DNA of 64,000 nt from Eledone cirrhosa (taxonomy: Eukaryota). Position 1 is the stretch's first letter. Every line of letters starts with the position of its first letter. Positions 39,955 through 51,709 of this stretch are shown here, piece by piece. Both the position numbers and the translations under genes were made by a program. Where the stretch lies: assembly GCA_964016885.1 (NCBI GenBank), contig OZ024740.1, forward strand, positions 157,418,001 to 157,482,000, given 5' to 3'. A model generated the notes under the pieces. The model was not told where the DNA came from and did not search any database. It worked only from the letters and a program-made list of their open reading frames with translations.

Positions 39955-40698
39955 GGAGGGAGGGAGTGACAGAGAGAGTAAGAAATGTGTGTGTGTTTGG
40001 TACCTATCTATCTATCTCTCCAACGGGGGGCTCAAACATGCGGCCCGCGAACTACTTTTCTATGGCCCCTGGTAGAACCAATATTTCAGATTCCATTATA
40101 ACTGGTGAAAATAAGGCGGTGAGCTGGTGGAATTGTTATCACATCTGGCGAAATGCTTAGTGGTACTTCTTCCCTTTTTACGTTCCGAGTTCAAATTCTG
40201 CCGTTCTCAACCATGCCTTTCATCCTTTTGGGGTCGATAAATTAAGTACCAGTTGTGAACTGGGATCGATGTAATCGACGGAACCCTAAATTTCATGCCT
40301 TGTGCCTATAGTAGAAATGATTATAACTGGTGAAAATCATCATCCACCACCACGTTTGGTCCACTGTGCCTCTCTTCCAGTACGTAATGGCCCTTTTATG
40401 CCCTTCAGTTTGAGACCCCTCTTCTACACACACACACACACATATATATAAACACTTTTTTTCTATCTCTGGGACTACGCCCATGCTGGAGCATTACCTT
40501 GGTAAGTTATGGGGATGTCAACAAACCAACAAGCATTGGTGGGAGCACAAACACAAACGCAAAGAGACATGTATACATATATACAACGTGCTTCTTTTAG
40601 TTTCGGTCTATCAAATTCACTCACAGGGCTTTGGTCGGCTTGGGCAGTGGGACTGAACCCGGAAACATGTGGTTGGGAAGCAAGCTTCTTGTCACACT

Positions 40699-40746
<48 letters not shown>

Positions 40747-40905
40747 TATCAAATTAACAACGAAAATAAAAAGAACAAAGTCAAGTTACTTTATAACTTT
40801 GTTTTTATTTTGTTGTTTTTATTTTTATTGTTAATTTAAAGGGGTCGTTTAGTGATTTCTAGGGGCAAAAGGGGGCGTTTGGCCGAAATGGGTTGAGAAC
40901 CTTTG
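39257..40905. mobile_element. Non-autonomous hAT element with nested SINEs and microsatellites
   Basis: TIR CAAAGGTTCTC..AACCCATTT.GGCCAAACGCCC / GGGCGTTTGGCCGAAATGGGTTGAGAACCTTTG; 8-bp TSD TTCTAGAC. Confidence 0.85.
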
Positions 40906-40913
40906 TTCTAGAC

Positions 40914-41243
40914 CAGCGTTTCTCAACCGGTGTTCCCCAGAACCCTAGGATTCCGCAAGAGGTCGCTCGGGGTTCCACGAGAACCAGTGATAAATAAACT
41001 AATGTATTTCTTAAAAGTAATTTTTGTTTAATTTTATATTCGTAATTTTACTATGCATTTACGGCATATTGTCGGAAAATCCTTGTTTATTTTAAGAAAG
41101 GCTTCAACTTCTTATATTATTTAAAACTAGGTCAATATAAGATAGATATTAATAATGGTATATAATAATTTTTATGTAGGGGTTCCCTGAGACATGAACC
41201 TATTTCAAGGGTTCCACAAGGGTAAAAGGGTTGAGAAACACTG
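40914..41243. mobile_element. hAT (Charlie-like) MITE
   Basis: TIR CAGCGTTTCTCAACC / GGTTGAGAAACACTG; TSD TTCTAGAC. Confidence 0.85.
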
Positions 41244-43559
41244 TTCTAGACTATTAAAGTCTGATGTGATTTTATTTTCTAATTTTGAATAGAGTTGGAT
41301 AATTTCTGGTAGTGTTTACATTTTCACAAGTAGTGCCGATTCGTTTTTTTGTTTTTTTTTCTTCCTTACAGTCTGCTTACAGGAATTCGTTTTCACATTT
41401 TGTTTGTTTTTTAATCTAGGTCTGAGAAAGTTTCATAAATAATTAAATAAAATTGAATAATTTTATTGATAAATATCACTAGCACTTTGTTACAGGATTG
41501 TTAAGTAACACTTAATCTTAACTTTTAAGTCTCAGCAATACCTGTATTGAATTCGCAACCTGGCAGGATATGTAAGTGCCAGATTTTGATCAAAAAAATA
41601 TGAGAAGAAAGTTCACATCCAGAACTTTCAAATGATATATAATTGTCCACGGAAAATATGTATTTTGACATGCAATTATCAAACTAACTCTGCATGTTAC
41701 CCTTTTCAGGAAGCTCTACTGAGATTACCTATTAAATGTATTGTATAGCTCCAAACTTACAGAGAGGATTCAGTTTCATACCTCATACCTGTGTATCAAA
41801 ACTGAGCCCCCTACAGATAACAAATCTCAACATAGCCGTGTCTGAAAATGCATGAAAAATTTGTGACAGCCTTTAATCACTAATTCAATTGTTTATAGCC
41901 ATTTTTAATAGTCCATTGATATATCTCAGGATTTATTTAGTTCTATACCTACTACAAATGTGCCCAAATTCAAGTCCCTGTGGCTTGTACTTTTGGATTC
42001 AGCTAGGTCTGAAAACATTAAAAGCTCATGCTCGCGTCACGAAATTGACTGTTTGTTACATGCAATATTTACATAAATATTAAAAAAATTGACAAAACAA
42101 AAGTTTCATTTTCAAGAACCTGAAAAAAATAGGCAACTGTTACCTCATGGACACCATTAACTTGTGTAATTTGAAGATGATAATCACCTCAGTTCCAAAG
42201 ATATGACATCATAAATATGGCTAATTGTTCATTTTAGGTCTAATTAGGCAAGATTTCGACCAATTCGCTGACCATTCAAATTGTCATATTTCCTAAACTA
42301 TTCATCCACATTTCACAAATGATGTATCAAAATGTTTCTTTTTGGATGTTCTTCAAGAAGAAAAAGTACAGAAGTTCAGTTTAAATATTTTCAAAAGTTC
42401 ATAGCGATACCTATTACTAGGGAGTTGGTGAAAATGCCTTGGGGTATTTGTTCCAGCTCTTTATGCTCTATATTCAAATCTCATCAGGGTTAACTTTGCT
42501 ATCCATCCTTCCAAAGAATGGAATACCAACCCTTTTATTCAGTTGAGAGTTTGTAGAGGACATGACCTGATAATAATTCTAGGTCTAAGCATTGATGAGG
42601 ATGGTATAAGTAGTCTCTTTTGGAGAACTTTCAGATCAGAGATTATAAGCAATTGATTTTGTATTGTAAGAAATCATTACTTGTTCGAGAAAAGAATCTA
42701 CATGTATGGTGATATTGGGGCCAGCAGCAACAGAAACTATCTGAAATGCACACAGGGTGATAAAACTATCTGGCAAAGACTCATTCAATGTCTGTGGATT
42801 GATGATTTGTGGGTATATGTCGAACAGCTATTATGATATGCTGAACAGATCCAGCTATGAACTCTAATTTGAAGCTCAATCCACTGCTTTCTGAAGGCAA
42901 AGAAGCACAGGTAGTCTTCCTCTGCCTGGTGGCTTTGGTAAAAGAATTTGTGTAAAGGATGTTGAGGACAGAACTTTTTCTTTTGAGTTAAACCCTCATC
43001 AACTTAAAGTATTATTTAAAAAAGAAAATGAGGTATGAAAATTGTAAAATATTTAAATGGACCCACTTTGACAGTGTGGTTGGAGAAGACACCTCTCTAT
43101 GATGTGTCAAGGTAATCTGAAGCTGCGTTTGGGATACCCTTAATTACCCATGGTGTTTCACTCCAATTGTGGGTGCCATTATTTGGCCATTCTTTATTGT
43201 TATCTATTTATTTATTTGTGTCTCTTTATTGTTACTCATAACTCCTATAACTTTTTATTTTTATTTTGTCATTGTACTGTTGCCAGTGTCTTGGTGTCTT
43301 GGATCCTTCTAGCTGATAAATGAAGTCATTATCATTTCTACTTTAGATGCAAGGCTAGCAATTTTTGGGGAGTGGAAAGTTCATTAAATAAAGCACCAGT
43401 AATACACTGGGATCGATTTAATCGGACCCCCCCCCCCCCCCCATCCCGCACACACAAATTACTGGCCTTGTGCCTAAAAGTAGAAATCATTATTATTATT
43501 AGCCATTAAGATTTTTCCCATTAATATCTCTCTACATGAAAAACAATTACATAATCATC

Positions 43560-43596
43560 ATCATCTTCAATTTTGATTATTTATTTTTATTTTCAG
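43560..43596 (+). other. Splice acceptor of the giant exon
   Basis: T-rich tract ending TTTATTTTCAG|G, 10 nt before the ATG. The frame stays open back to the acceptor, so the exon could be internal or terminal rather than the first coding exon. Confidence 0.7.
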
Positions 43597-43606
43597 GGCA
43601 CTGAAA

Positions 43607-46600
43607 ATGAATGAAAAGAAAAAAGGCAGTGGGAAATTAAAAATGAAACACGCAGAGGAAACTGACACAGTCAACATTGACTCTTCTGATGATAAGTCTC
43701 TCCGGCTGTGCACCAAAAATGTCAATGGTCAAATGTATTTGGTTATGGAACCAGAAAATGAAAACTCTGTTTTATCTGATGCTTCTGTGGAAACTGATAC
43801 TGCAAACACTTTAGAAATTGATGCTGACAGTTCTATGCAAACTGAGACTGTTGAGGAAGAGGATTCAGAAATAAGTGTAGTTCTTCTGAATGATTCTAAA
43901 CCTAATGAAAACAGTGTTAATGATCATAGCTTTCTGGACAAAGCTTTAACTGTACCCAGTTCAACTACATCCACTTCAACTCCAGTTGTTTTACCAACAA
44001 TTTCTCCATCAGTCTTAACAGATTCATCAAATAACAGTAATATTGTATCATTGCTTCCATCAAGTTTGGGAGAAAGCATGACTGTCAATGGGAACTCTGC
44101 AACGGTTTCTTTTCCTATAGAGTCCATCCCTTTCACTACAAATATAAAGAAAGAACCAGAAATTGAACCTGTTTCTGCTATAGCTCCTTCATCCTGCTCA
44201 CTTCCAATAAAAAGTAAGCTTACTGTTCCGATTGTTCAGGCTGTAGGAACAAATTCTGGTAGTTTAGGTAGAATTGTAAAGACTGAAACATCACCTCAGG
44301 TAAGCACATTATTTCATCCTGGTTGTTCTGCGGATTCTTCTAGCATTTGCAGAGTGCCTATTTCATCACCTACTGGTAAAAAACTTACTGTTGATGTTAA
44401 TAAGACTGCAAATGCTCCTGTTGCTGTACCAAAGAACATAATAGTCAAATGTTCTCAACCATTATCTCAAGTTAATCTGAAAAATATTCTTTATTCGTTT
44501 GGTTCTATTTTAAATGTTGTTTCTCGCAGTTCAACACAACCAAGTTCTGGAAAAATTCCATCTAAAGTTACTCATGCTGTTTTAACGAATGGAACTTCTA
44601 CTGTTTACTCAGCTTCAGATGCTAATATGTCAAGCTCTGTTTCCAGTCCAGTTATCAATGTATTCTCACCTAAATCCACTTCAGCTCCATCTTTAACATT
44701 GGCACAAACAACAACAACAAAAACTGAAAATCAATCTAAAATGTCACCAGTTCCAATAAGTAATTTGCCAAAGAAAGTATATGTTGTACCTGTATCATTA
44801 CCTTCAAATAATTCTCAAATTGTACAGCTTACTATGGCTTCTACTCCTCAAACTGTCCCAGTATCATCCCCTGTAACTTCTTTTAAGTATGTGCTCAATG
44901 CCCCTTCAGTAACTCCCATTCAGCAGGGTTCACAAAACTCTTCTTTAATAACTAAGCCAACTTTTGTAATAGGCAATCCAGGGACTACTACTATGTCAAC
45001 AACTTCATCAGCTTTTCCCCTTCAAACAGGTTCTTTGGGAAGTGTTCTGAATAACAGTAATCAAACGCCTTCACAAATGACTCCTTGTGTCCTTTTATCA
45101 ACATTAGTAAATCAAACTACACCTACTGTGACCACTGAGGGAAAGACAATTCTACACAATGGCTATGTGTCTTCTAACATTTTTCAGACTGCTAAAAGCA
45201 GTAACTCTTCTATCTCTACTAATGTTCCTATGCAAAGCAACAGCTCAAAAGAAACTGTTATAAAATCCTCAGAATTGATTCTGTCAAATGGTGTTACAAA
45301 TACACCTAAAACACCTACAACGAATCTTGCTGTCCTTTGGGACACTAAATCTGCCTCGTGTAAATCAAGTTATGCTGTCACCAACACAACATCAAGTTAC
45401 AACCTTAACAAAGGAATTTGCACTATTCCAAAAGTCAGTTCTACAGCTGATGGCACCTGTATGACTAAAACTCAACAAATACCTATGACATCTTCAAAGC
45501 AAGTTGTTATGAGTACAAACACCTACACTTCATTTGCAGGTGACAAAATGCCTCGACTAATCCTGACTGCAAGTTCTTCAGATAACAGGAAATCTACATT
45601 GAAAAATTCCACAATTGAACAAAATCTTCAGGAGGTCTTTGCTTCAACTACTAACATTGCCCATAATGCAGTAAATCGAATTCTTCTATCAGGAGATAGT
45701 GTAAAGGATTCTTCAACAAATTTAACCTCAAAAATTATAATTCCCTACAACTTTTCAAAATTAAAAAAAGTTTCCCCAAGACCACTTGCTCCCAAATCAG
45801 AAATATATCCAGTGAATTCATCAACTTCTATTAACCCTCTGAGCAGCCATATTGCTCCTTCACCCTCATTAAATGCGCTCTCTTCACAGAAAGAAAGTGA
45901 TTCCTTAGCATGTAGTAAAACCAAAGAAACTTTGTCACTTCCTCCCCCAAATTCTACAACTAGCAGTTCAGACTCCTCTAACTGTAATAAACCAATGGTT
46001 TTTATTGGCCCCATAAATCCTGAAGATTTGGTTAATCTGGCCAAGCATATCCCATCTGCTGCACAGTCTGTTTTTCAGGCTTCTCCTAAGACATCTGAAA
46101 GTGTGAAGATTATCCACCCAAATGATATCTATAATGCCAAAACAAACTTATCTAAATCATTACCCTCAACACAAAATGTTGTCATAGTTCCACCAACATC
46201 TCTGGCTGATCCAGGCAAAGTTGTACCTTTAGAAACATTGGTTGAAAGCAAAGACAGTAACTCTCCTCTAGTATCTACATCTACAGAGCAACAAAAAAAT
46301 ACTAATGTAGTGAAAGGACTGTCTCTATTATATAATAATGCTAATATTTTAGAAGCTTCTAACTCTGCTTTCAATGTAAAACATGTGAGTAAAACTGTAC
46401 ACAATAATGTGCCTATCATATTTTCTCCAATTCCTAAGTCATCATCTTCTGATCCTCTAAAGCTTAATATAACCACTCACACTGGATCTAACTCAGTTTA
46501 TTCGCAATCTCATTTAACGCCAAGTCCAGATCTAGTATCTACAGTAGCTTCTATTTTCTCTAAACAACAAGCACAACAGCAGGTGGCATCTGTCAATAAT

Positions 46601-49600
46601 ATTAGTCCAATGATCACAATAAAACAAGAACAACCAGACAGTACAGTTAGTCCAATGATCAATATAAAACAGGAACAACCAGACAGTACAATTAGTCCAA
46701 TGATCAAGATAAAACAAGAATTACCAGACAGTACAGTTAGCAATGGTGCTCCAGTTGTTTCTCTGGTAAACAGTCAAGAAAATGTAACTGGTAAACCTCT
46801 AGTTAGACTGGCTTCTTTTTCTAACAATCAAGTTAATCTGAAGTTAGGAAAGTTTTCCAATACTTCTGATGCTGCAGTTAAAGCTATCTCGACACGTGTA
46901 GTTAGCTATGTTTCAGACTCTAAGGTTGGTGTACCTCAGTTTGTAAAGCTAACAAAAATTGTTGACAATATCTGCAAAGAGGCTCAATCTACAACTTCAG
47001 CAGCTCAACCCAATCAAAAAGAGCACTTATTTTTTAAAGTGCAGCAACCAGGAAGTCAACTAAGGCAAGTTGTCAATCCATCACAGCAGTGCATTCTTCC
47101 CAAACAGGCAGGTTCTGATCCATGCCAAAACAATAAAAATGTCAAAATTGCTACCAGTTTGGCTTCTACTCTTATCATCCCGTCTACTTCAAATTTAATT
47201 ATACCCAGTCACCTAACCAATCCCAAGTCTTCAAATGCTATACAAATTTCGTTAAATAACTCTTCTGCAAACCCAGCATCCACAACAATTTCAGACAGCC
47301 GAGTAAATTTGGGGAATTTAAAATCCATCTGTCAGAAAGAGGATGACAATCCGTTGACGTTGAAAATTGACTCCATATTTTCTCTGCGGGATAACTCCAG
47401 TTTTGACATAAATACTCCTAAGGATAATTGGAAAATCAAATTTGAAGATGAAACAACTGAAGATCTTTTTAAACAAGAGGTTTCTTCAGTGACCAACTCA
47501 AAACCAGTGGTTACCTCAACAAATTCAAAACCAGTGGTTTCTTCAGTTCACACTTCTAAGGTAGTAATTTCTTCAGTAACTTCTCCAAAACCAGTGATGG
47601 CCTCTAATACCACTGCTAAACCAATGGTTTCTTCAGTGACTACTTTAAAACCAATGGTTACTTCCATGACCACTTCAGAAACAATGATTTCTTCATATAG
47701 CACTCCTAAAGTTATGGTTTCATCCTTGGCCTCTTCAAAACCAATGGCTAGCTCATTATTTGCCACAAAGCCAGTGGTTTCTTCATTGTCCAGCACTACA
47801 CCTGTAGTTACTTCATTAACAAACCTTCAGCCTTTCATTTCTTTATTTCCAAGATCTCAATCAATGGTTTCTATTATTCCAAATCAGGCTGTACTTTCAT
47901 TGCTTACAAACTCTCAAACTGCACATTCTTCATTGATGAGCCCTAAACCTGTTGTTTCAGCTAAAACTTCTAAACCTATCATTTCTTCAGTAACAACCAC
48001 AACATCTCGAATTTTTCCTTCTTCAAATAGTCAATCTACAAATTCCACTAAGACACCCACTGAGGTGAATACCTCTCAGACAGCTGATGATGAAAAACCT
48101 ACTCTGTCAGCTGATGAAGATTCTACCCAGATAGCTAATGAAGAAAATTCTTCTGAAACATCTTATGGAGAAATTTCCACTCAAACATGTTATGAAATAA
48201 ATTCCACTGAAACAGATTATGGAGAAATTTCCACTCAGACAGATTATGGAGAAAATTCCACCCAGACAAAATATGGAGAAAATTCTTGTCAGACAGATGA
48301 TTATGAATTAAATTCCACTAAGACAGATTATGATTTAAATTCCACCCAGACAAATTATGCAGTAAATTCCACCCACACAGATGCTGCAGTAAATACAGCT
48401 CAGACTGATGGTGATGTAAATTTCACTGAAGCAGATAATAATGAAGTAAACTCAACTAAGACACTATATAAAGTAAAATTAGAACCAACTGCCTATAAAG
48501 TAAAATCAGAACCAACTGCCTATAAAGTAAAATCAGAACCAACTGCCTATAAAGTAAAATCAGAACCAACAGCTTATGAATTTAATTCAACTCAGACAAT
48601 TTATGATGTAAATTCAACTCCAGCAGCTTATGGAAGAGATTCCACTAAGAGAGATTTGGGAGTAAATTTCAGTCAGAAAACTTATGTTGTAACTCCTCCT
48701 CAGAAAGTAAATTCAAAGCTTTCAGTAAAGTCAAATGTGAATGAAGAAAGTTTGTCACGTAAGGCACTAATAAGTAGTCTTAAACACAATTATGTTCAAT
48801 GGAACAGACCTTTAGCTGGTAAACCACCAGTGTCAAATAGTTATCGGCAATATAACTACTTAAATCCTAAGCCGATAAAACCAAAATCAGTTCCTGGCGA
48901 CAAATCACCTGGCGACAAATCAACTGGTGATATAAAATCTCTTTCTAACAATACAAATACATTCCTTAGCAATCCAAACATGGTAAAACTTATCAAGATG
49001 CATACTCTTAATAAGAAATTGCAAAGAGAAAACCAATATTTAAATATGCAACTCTTAAATGCTTCTGAAAAATCTTGCATTAAAAGGAAGAAATCTAGAG
49101 GAAAAGTTAATAAAGTTTGCCTCAAACCTTGTTCTGTCAGTTTACCCAGATTGTATTTGCCAGATGGTATAAAATCAGTTAATGTTAGGAAGTTAAATCA
49201 GAAGACTCTGAAGTCTATTAGATGTTTTGCCACCTGCAAAAATGAAAAAGGATCCATTATGATGAATAAAACACTTGCTTCACAAACAGATAGCAAGGTG
49301 AGTGTCAGTTACTTAAAAAACAATATGCCTGTAAATCCAAATGTACGCATAAACAATTCAAAGGAAAAGACAATAATGCATAACCAAAAAATGTACAAGG
49401 TAGTTTCGAATCCTCTAATACTTCCAAAGGGAACTTCACTTCAGCCAAACCAACGACTTTTAATGGTGCAGATACAAGGCAAAAATGTCCTTATTCCTGC
49501 TATAAATAAATTAACATCTCAACCACAAACTTCTATTTTAAACAACAAAACTTACACGGTACAAACATCCACACCAACTACTAAATGTATTCAGATTAAA

Positions 49601-49948
49601 CCTTCTACATCCAGCCAATTCCTGAAAACAGGTTCTCGTTTTGTAAACATTGCCCCAAATTTAGTCAATACTGCTTCTGGTTGGAACAATTTAACAAATA
49701 CCTTTAATTTGTCGGGTCCTAGTAAGCCCAACTACACAGAACCTAAACCTGAGACCTCTGATACTGCTGCAGGAGATGATGATGTCAACAGTTGCTTACA
49801 ACTTGCATGTGGTATTATTGAAACTAATACATTAAAACGTAAATCATCCGATAGCAGCCGAGACTTAGATAAAAGGAGACGTATTATTGAAATGAAAAAC
49901 GGAAATAAAAAAAATAAAAATTATATCTCTTCCATGTTGAAAATATGA
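43607..49948 (+). CDS. Large intrinsically disordered S/T/P-rich protein (giant exon, 2113 aa); probable nuclear chromatin/transcription co-factor, family not recognised
   Basis: 6.3-kb stop-free frame in AT-rich DNA, no TE insertions, upstream splice acceptor, basic NLS-like stretches (IKRKKSR, LKRK..DKRRR) and about ten psiKxE motifs. No folded domain recognised. Confidence 0.9.
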   Translation: MNEKKKGSGKLKMKHAEETDTVNIDSSDDKSLRLCTKNVNGQMYLVMEPENENSVLSDASVETDTANTLEIDADSSMQTETVEEEDSEISVVLLNDSKPNENSVNDHSFLDKALTVPSSTTSTSTPVVLPTISPSVLTDSSNNSNIVSLLPSSLGESMTVNGNSATVSFPIESIPFTTNIKKEPEIEPVSAIAPSSCSLPIKSKLTVPIVQAVGTNSGSLGRIVKTETSPQVSTLFHPGCSADSSSICRVPISSPTGKKLTVDVNKTANAPVAVPKNIIVKCSQPLSQVNLKNILYSFGSILNVVSRSSTQPSSGKIPSKVTHAVLTNGTSTVYSASDANMSSSVSSPVINVFSPKSTSAPSLTLAQTTTTKTENQSKMSPVPISNLPKKVYVVPVSLPSNNSQIVQLTMASTPQTVPVSSPVTSFKYVLNAPSVTPIQQGSQNSSLITKPTFVIGNPGTTTMSTTSSAFPLQTGSLGSVLNNSNQTPSQMTPCVLLSTLVNQTTPTVTTEGKTILHNGYVSSNIFQTAKSSNSSISTNVPMQSNSSKETVIKSSELILSNGVTNTPKTPTTNLAVLWDTKSASCKSSYAVTNTTSSYNLNKGICTIPKVSSTADGTCMTKTQQIPMTSSKQVVMSTNTYTSFAGDKMPRLILTASSSDNRKSTLKNSTIEQNLQEVFASTTNIAHNAVNRILLSGDSVKDSSTNLTSKIIIPYNFSKLKKVSPRPLAPKSEIYPVNSSTSINPLSSHIAPSPSLNALSSQKESDSLACSKTKETLSLPPPNSTTSSSDSSNCNKPMVFIGPINPEDLVNLAKHIPSAAQSVFQASPKTSESVKIIHPNDIYNAKTNLSKSLPSTQNVVIVPPTSLADPGKVVPLETLVESKDSNSPLVSTSTEQQKNTNVVKGLSLLYNNANILEASNSAFNVKHVSKTVHNNVPIIFSPIPKSSSSDPLKLNITTHTGSNSVYSQSHLTPSPDLVSTVASIFSKQQAQQQVASVNNISPMITIKQEQPDSTVSPMINIKQEQPDSTISPMIKIKQELPDSTVSNGAPVVSLVNSQENVTGKPLVRLASFSNNQVNLKLGKFSNTSDAAVKAISTRVVSYVSDSKVGVPQFVKLTKIVDNICKEAQSTTSAAQPNQKEHLFFKVQQPGSQLRQVVNPSQQCILPKQAGSDPCQNNKNVKIATSLASTLIIPSTSNLIIPSHLTNPKSSNAIQISLNNSSANPASTTISDSRVNLGNLKSICQKEDDNPLTLKIDSIFSLRDNSSFDINTPKDNWKIKFEDETTEDLFKQEVSSVTNSKPVVTSTNSKPVVSSVHTSKVVISSVTSPKPVMASNTTAKPMVSSVTTLKPMVTSMTTSETMISSYSTPKVMVSSLASSKPMASSLFATKPVVSSLSSTTPVVTSLTNLQPFISLFPRSQSMVSIIPNQAVLSLLTNSQTAHSSLMSPKPVVSAKTSKPIISSVTTTTSRIFPSSNSQSTNSTKTPTEVNTSQTADDEKPTLSADEDSTQIANEENSSETSYGEISTQTCYEINSTETDYGEISTQTDYGENSTQTKYGENSCQTDDYELNSTKTDYDLNSTQTNYAVNSTHTDAAVNTAQTDGDVNFTEADNNEVNSTKTLYKVKLEPTAYKVKSEPTAYKVKSEPTAYKVKSEPTAYEFNSTQTIYDVNSTPAAYGRDSTKRDLGVNFSQKTYVVTPPQKVNSKLSVKSNVNEESLSRKALISSLKHNYVQWNRPLAGKPPVSNSYRQYNYLNPKPIKPKSVPGDKSPGDKSTGDIKSLSNNTNTFLSNPNMVKLIKMHTLNKKLQRENQYLNMQLLNASEKSCIKRKKSRGKVNKVCLKPCSVSLPRLYLPDGIKSVNVRKLNQKTLKSIRCFATCKNEKGSIMMNKTLASQTDSKVSVSYLKNNMPVNPNVRINNSKEKTIMHNQKMYKVVSNPLILPKGTSLQPNQRLLMVQIQGKNVLIPAINKLTSQPQTSILNNKTYTVQTSTPTTKCIQIKPSTSSQFLKTGSRFVNIAPNLVNTASGWNNLTNTFNLSGPSKPNYTEPKPETSDTAAGDDDVNSCLQLACGIIETNTLKRKSSDSSRDLDKRRRIIEMKNGNKKNKNYISSMLKI

Positions 49949-51397
49949 GGCAATATTATCTTAGAGTAAAACTAGTTTGGAATTTTATGTATTTCATACT
50001 AGGTAGGAGACATATACATTGTTAACAAAAGTGTAATAGGTGGTATAATTAATTGGATGCCATTTTTTACATTAGTCATAAGAACTAATGTAGAATCAAG
50101 TTAATAAATAAACCTCTGCATAGTTACTTGATCTGCTAGAAATAGCAACCAAATATCCCTCAAATTATAACCTACTGTTGAAAATAAAGCATACACTGGA
50201 CAACGGTAGTCTCTGATATAAAGAAAATGTGACATAGTCACTGTTGGAAGGCCTTTGATCATAAGGTCAACATAATCAGCGCTGACCAGGAGCTGAACAA
50301 TAACAACAACAACAACAACAGCCAATTTAGAACACATTTCACTGGATTCAATCTGAAGTAACCATCATTCATAAATGTATATTTTCATCATTTTATCCTT
50401 CATCTGTTGCAGTTGGAACATTAGTATATATTTTTTAATTTTGGACAAAATTTTGCATTATTAAAACTATGAGAAATACAAGATTTATAAACTCTACTAT
50501 GCTGAAAATGGTCCTCTGCCCCCAGTGTTGTATAAATATGTTAAACTGAAGCACTAAACATAGTGAATTGAAAGAAAATGGGGGAGTAAACCAACAAACA
50601 GAAAAACTTTGCATCCCTGTTAATTGGTAATAAAAGAAAACTGTCATTTGTTGGATTTTTAAAATTAAATTGTTTGGCTTTCTATTATTATTTTTTATAC
50701 TGGCATGGCTGTATGGTTAAGAAGTTTACTTTGCAACCATGTAGTTTTAGGTTCAGTCCCTCTGTATTGCATCTTGGGCATGTGTGTTCCACTATAGCCC
50801 CAGGTTGACTGGTTGATGGAAACTGGGCAAAAGTCCATTGTGTGTGTGTGTGTGTGAGTATATATATGATGATATATATATGTGTATCATCATCATTGTC
50901 TATTTTTCAATGAATGCACGAGTTAGATGGATTGTCACGTTAGGAGACATTTCAGGTCAGGTGACCATGTTTTGCTCATACAGAGCTGTACTTAGGCTTG
51001 CTTTCTACAGCTGGATACCCTTCCTAACATCAACCACATTACAGTGTGGACTTGGTACTTTTTATTGTGGTACCAAAATGACCATCTAACAGGGTAGGCT
51101 GGGTACATTTTTGTGTCACCAACACGACCTTACAGGCATGATGAACTCAGTGCTTTGTTGTTATAGCACCAGATCACCATATGGAGTTAGGCTTTTTTTC
51201 TTGGTTTGGCAGGAGAGGTGTATCGGACGAGGCTTGAGGCCAGTACACAGGTTGAACATGAGTGAGGTGAGTGGATATAGAAGGTATTAAGATTGGGGAG
51301 GGGGTAAAGAGCAGAAGATTGGTGCAGACTAGTGCCTGCTACATGTACATGCACATGGGAGAGTAGGTCTCTCAGTATCTTCATGTTGATACTTTAA

Positions 51398-51593
51398 CCC
51401 TTTAGCATTTAAACTGGCTGTATCTTTACCAAAATTCTCTCACTTCTTTCTGTTTAAACTGGCTCATACTGATGTTTAGGTATTATTCTCAAAATAAATA
51501 ATATCAAAATCTCATAGATTTGATATTATGTGAAGTAAAGCCTTTTCCATGAAAATATAATAGTAAATTTAGAGTAATGTAAATGCTAAAGGG
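51398..51593. mobile_element. piggyBac-type MITE (a further decayed copy lies at ~52193-52388)
   Basis: TTAA flanks and TIR CCCTTTAGCATTTA. Confidence 0.85.
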
Positions 51594-51709
51594 TTAAGCA
51601 AGCAGTGACGTTTGTTTATGTTTCACATAAACAAAATATTCTGCATCTTAGTGGTTCAACAATGAGAAGAGGAGAATAAGTATCATACTTAAAAATATGG
51701 GTTGGTGCA

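Noticed and set aside
42660-43320. Possible upstream exon ending GAG|GTATGA at ~43032
   Set aside because: No clean open frame; looks more like a decayed LINE 3' end.
43924-49125. Minus-strand ORFs inside the giant exon
   Set aside because: Antisense shadows of the long ORF.
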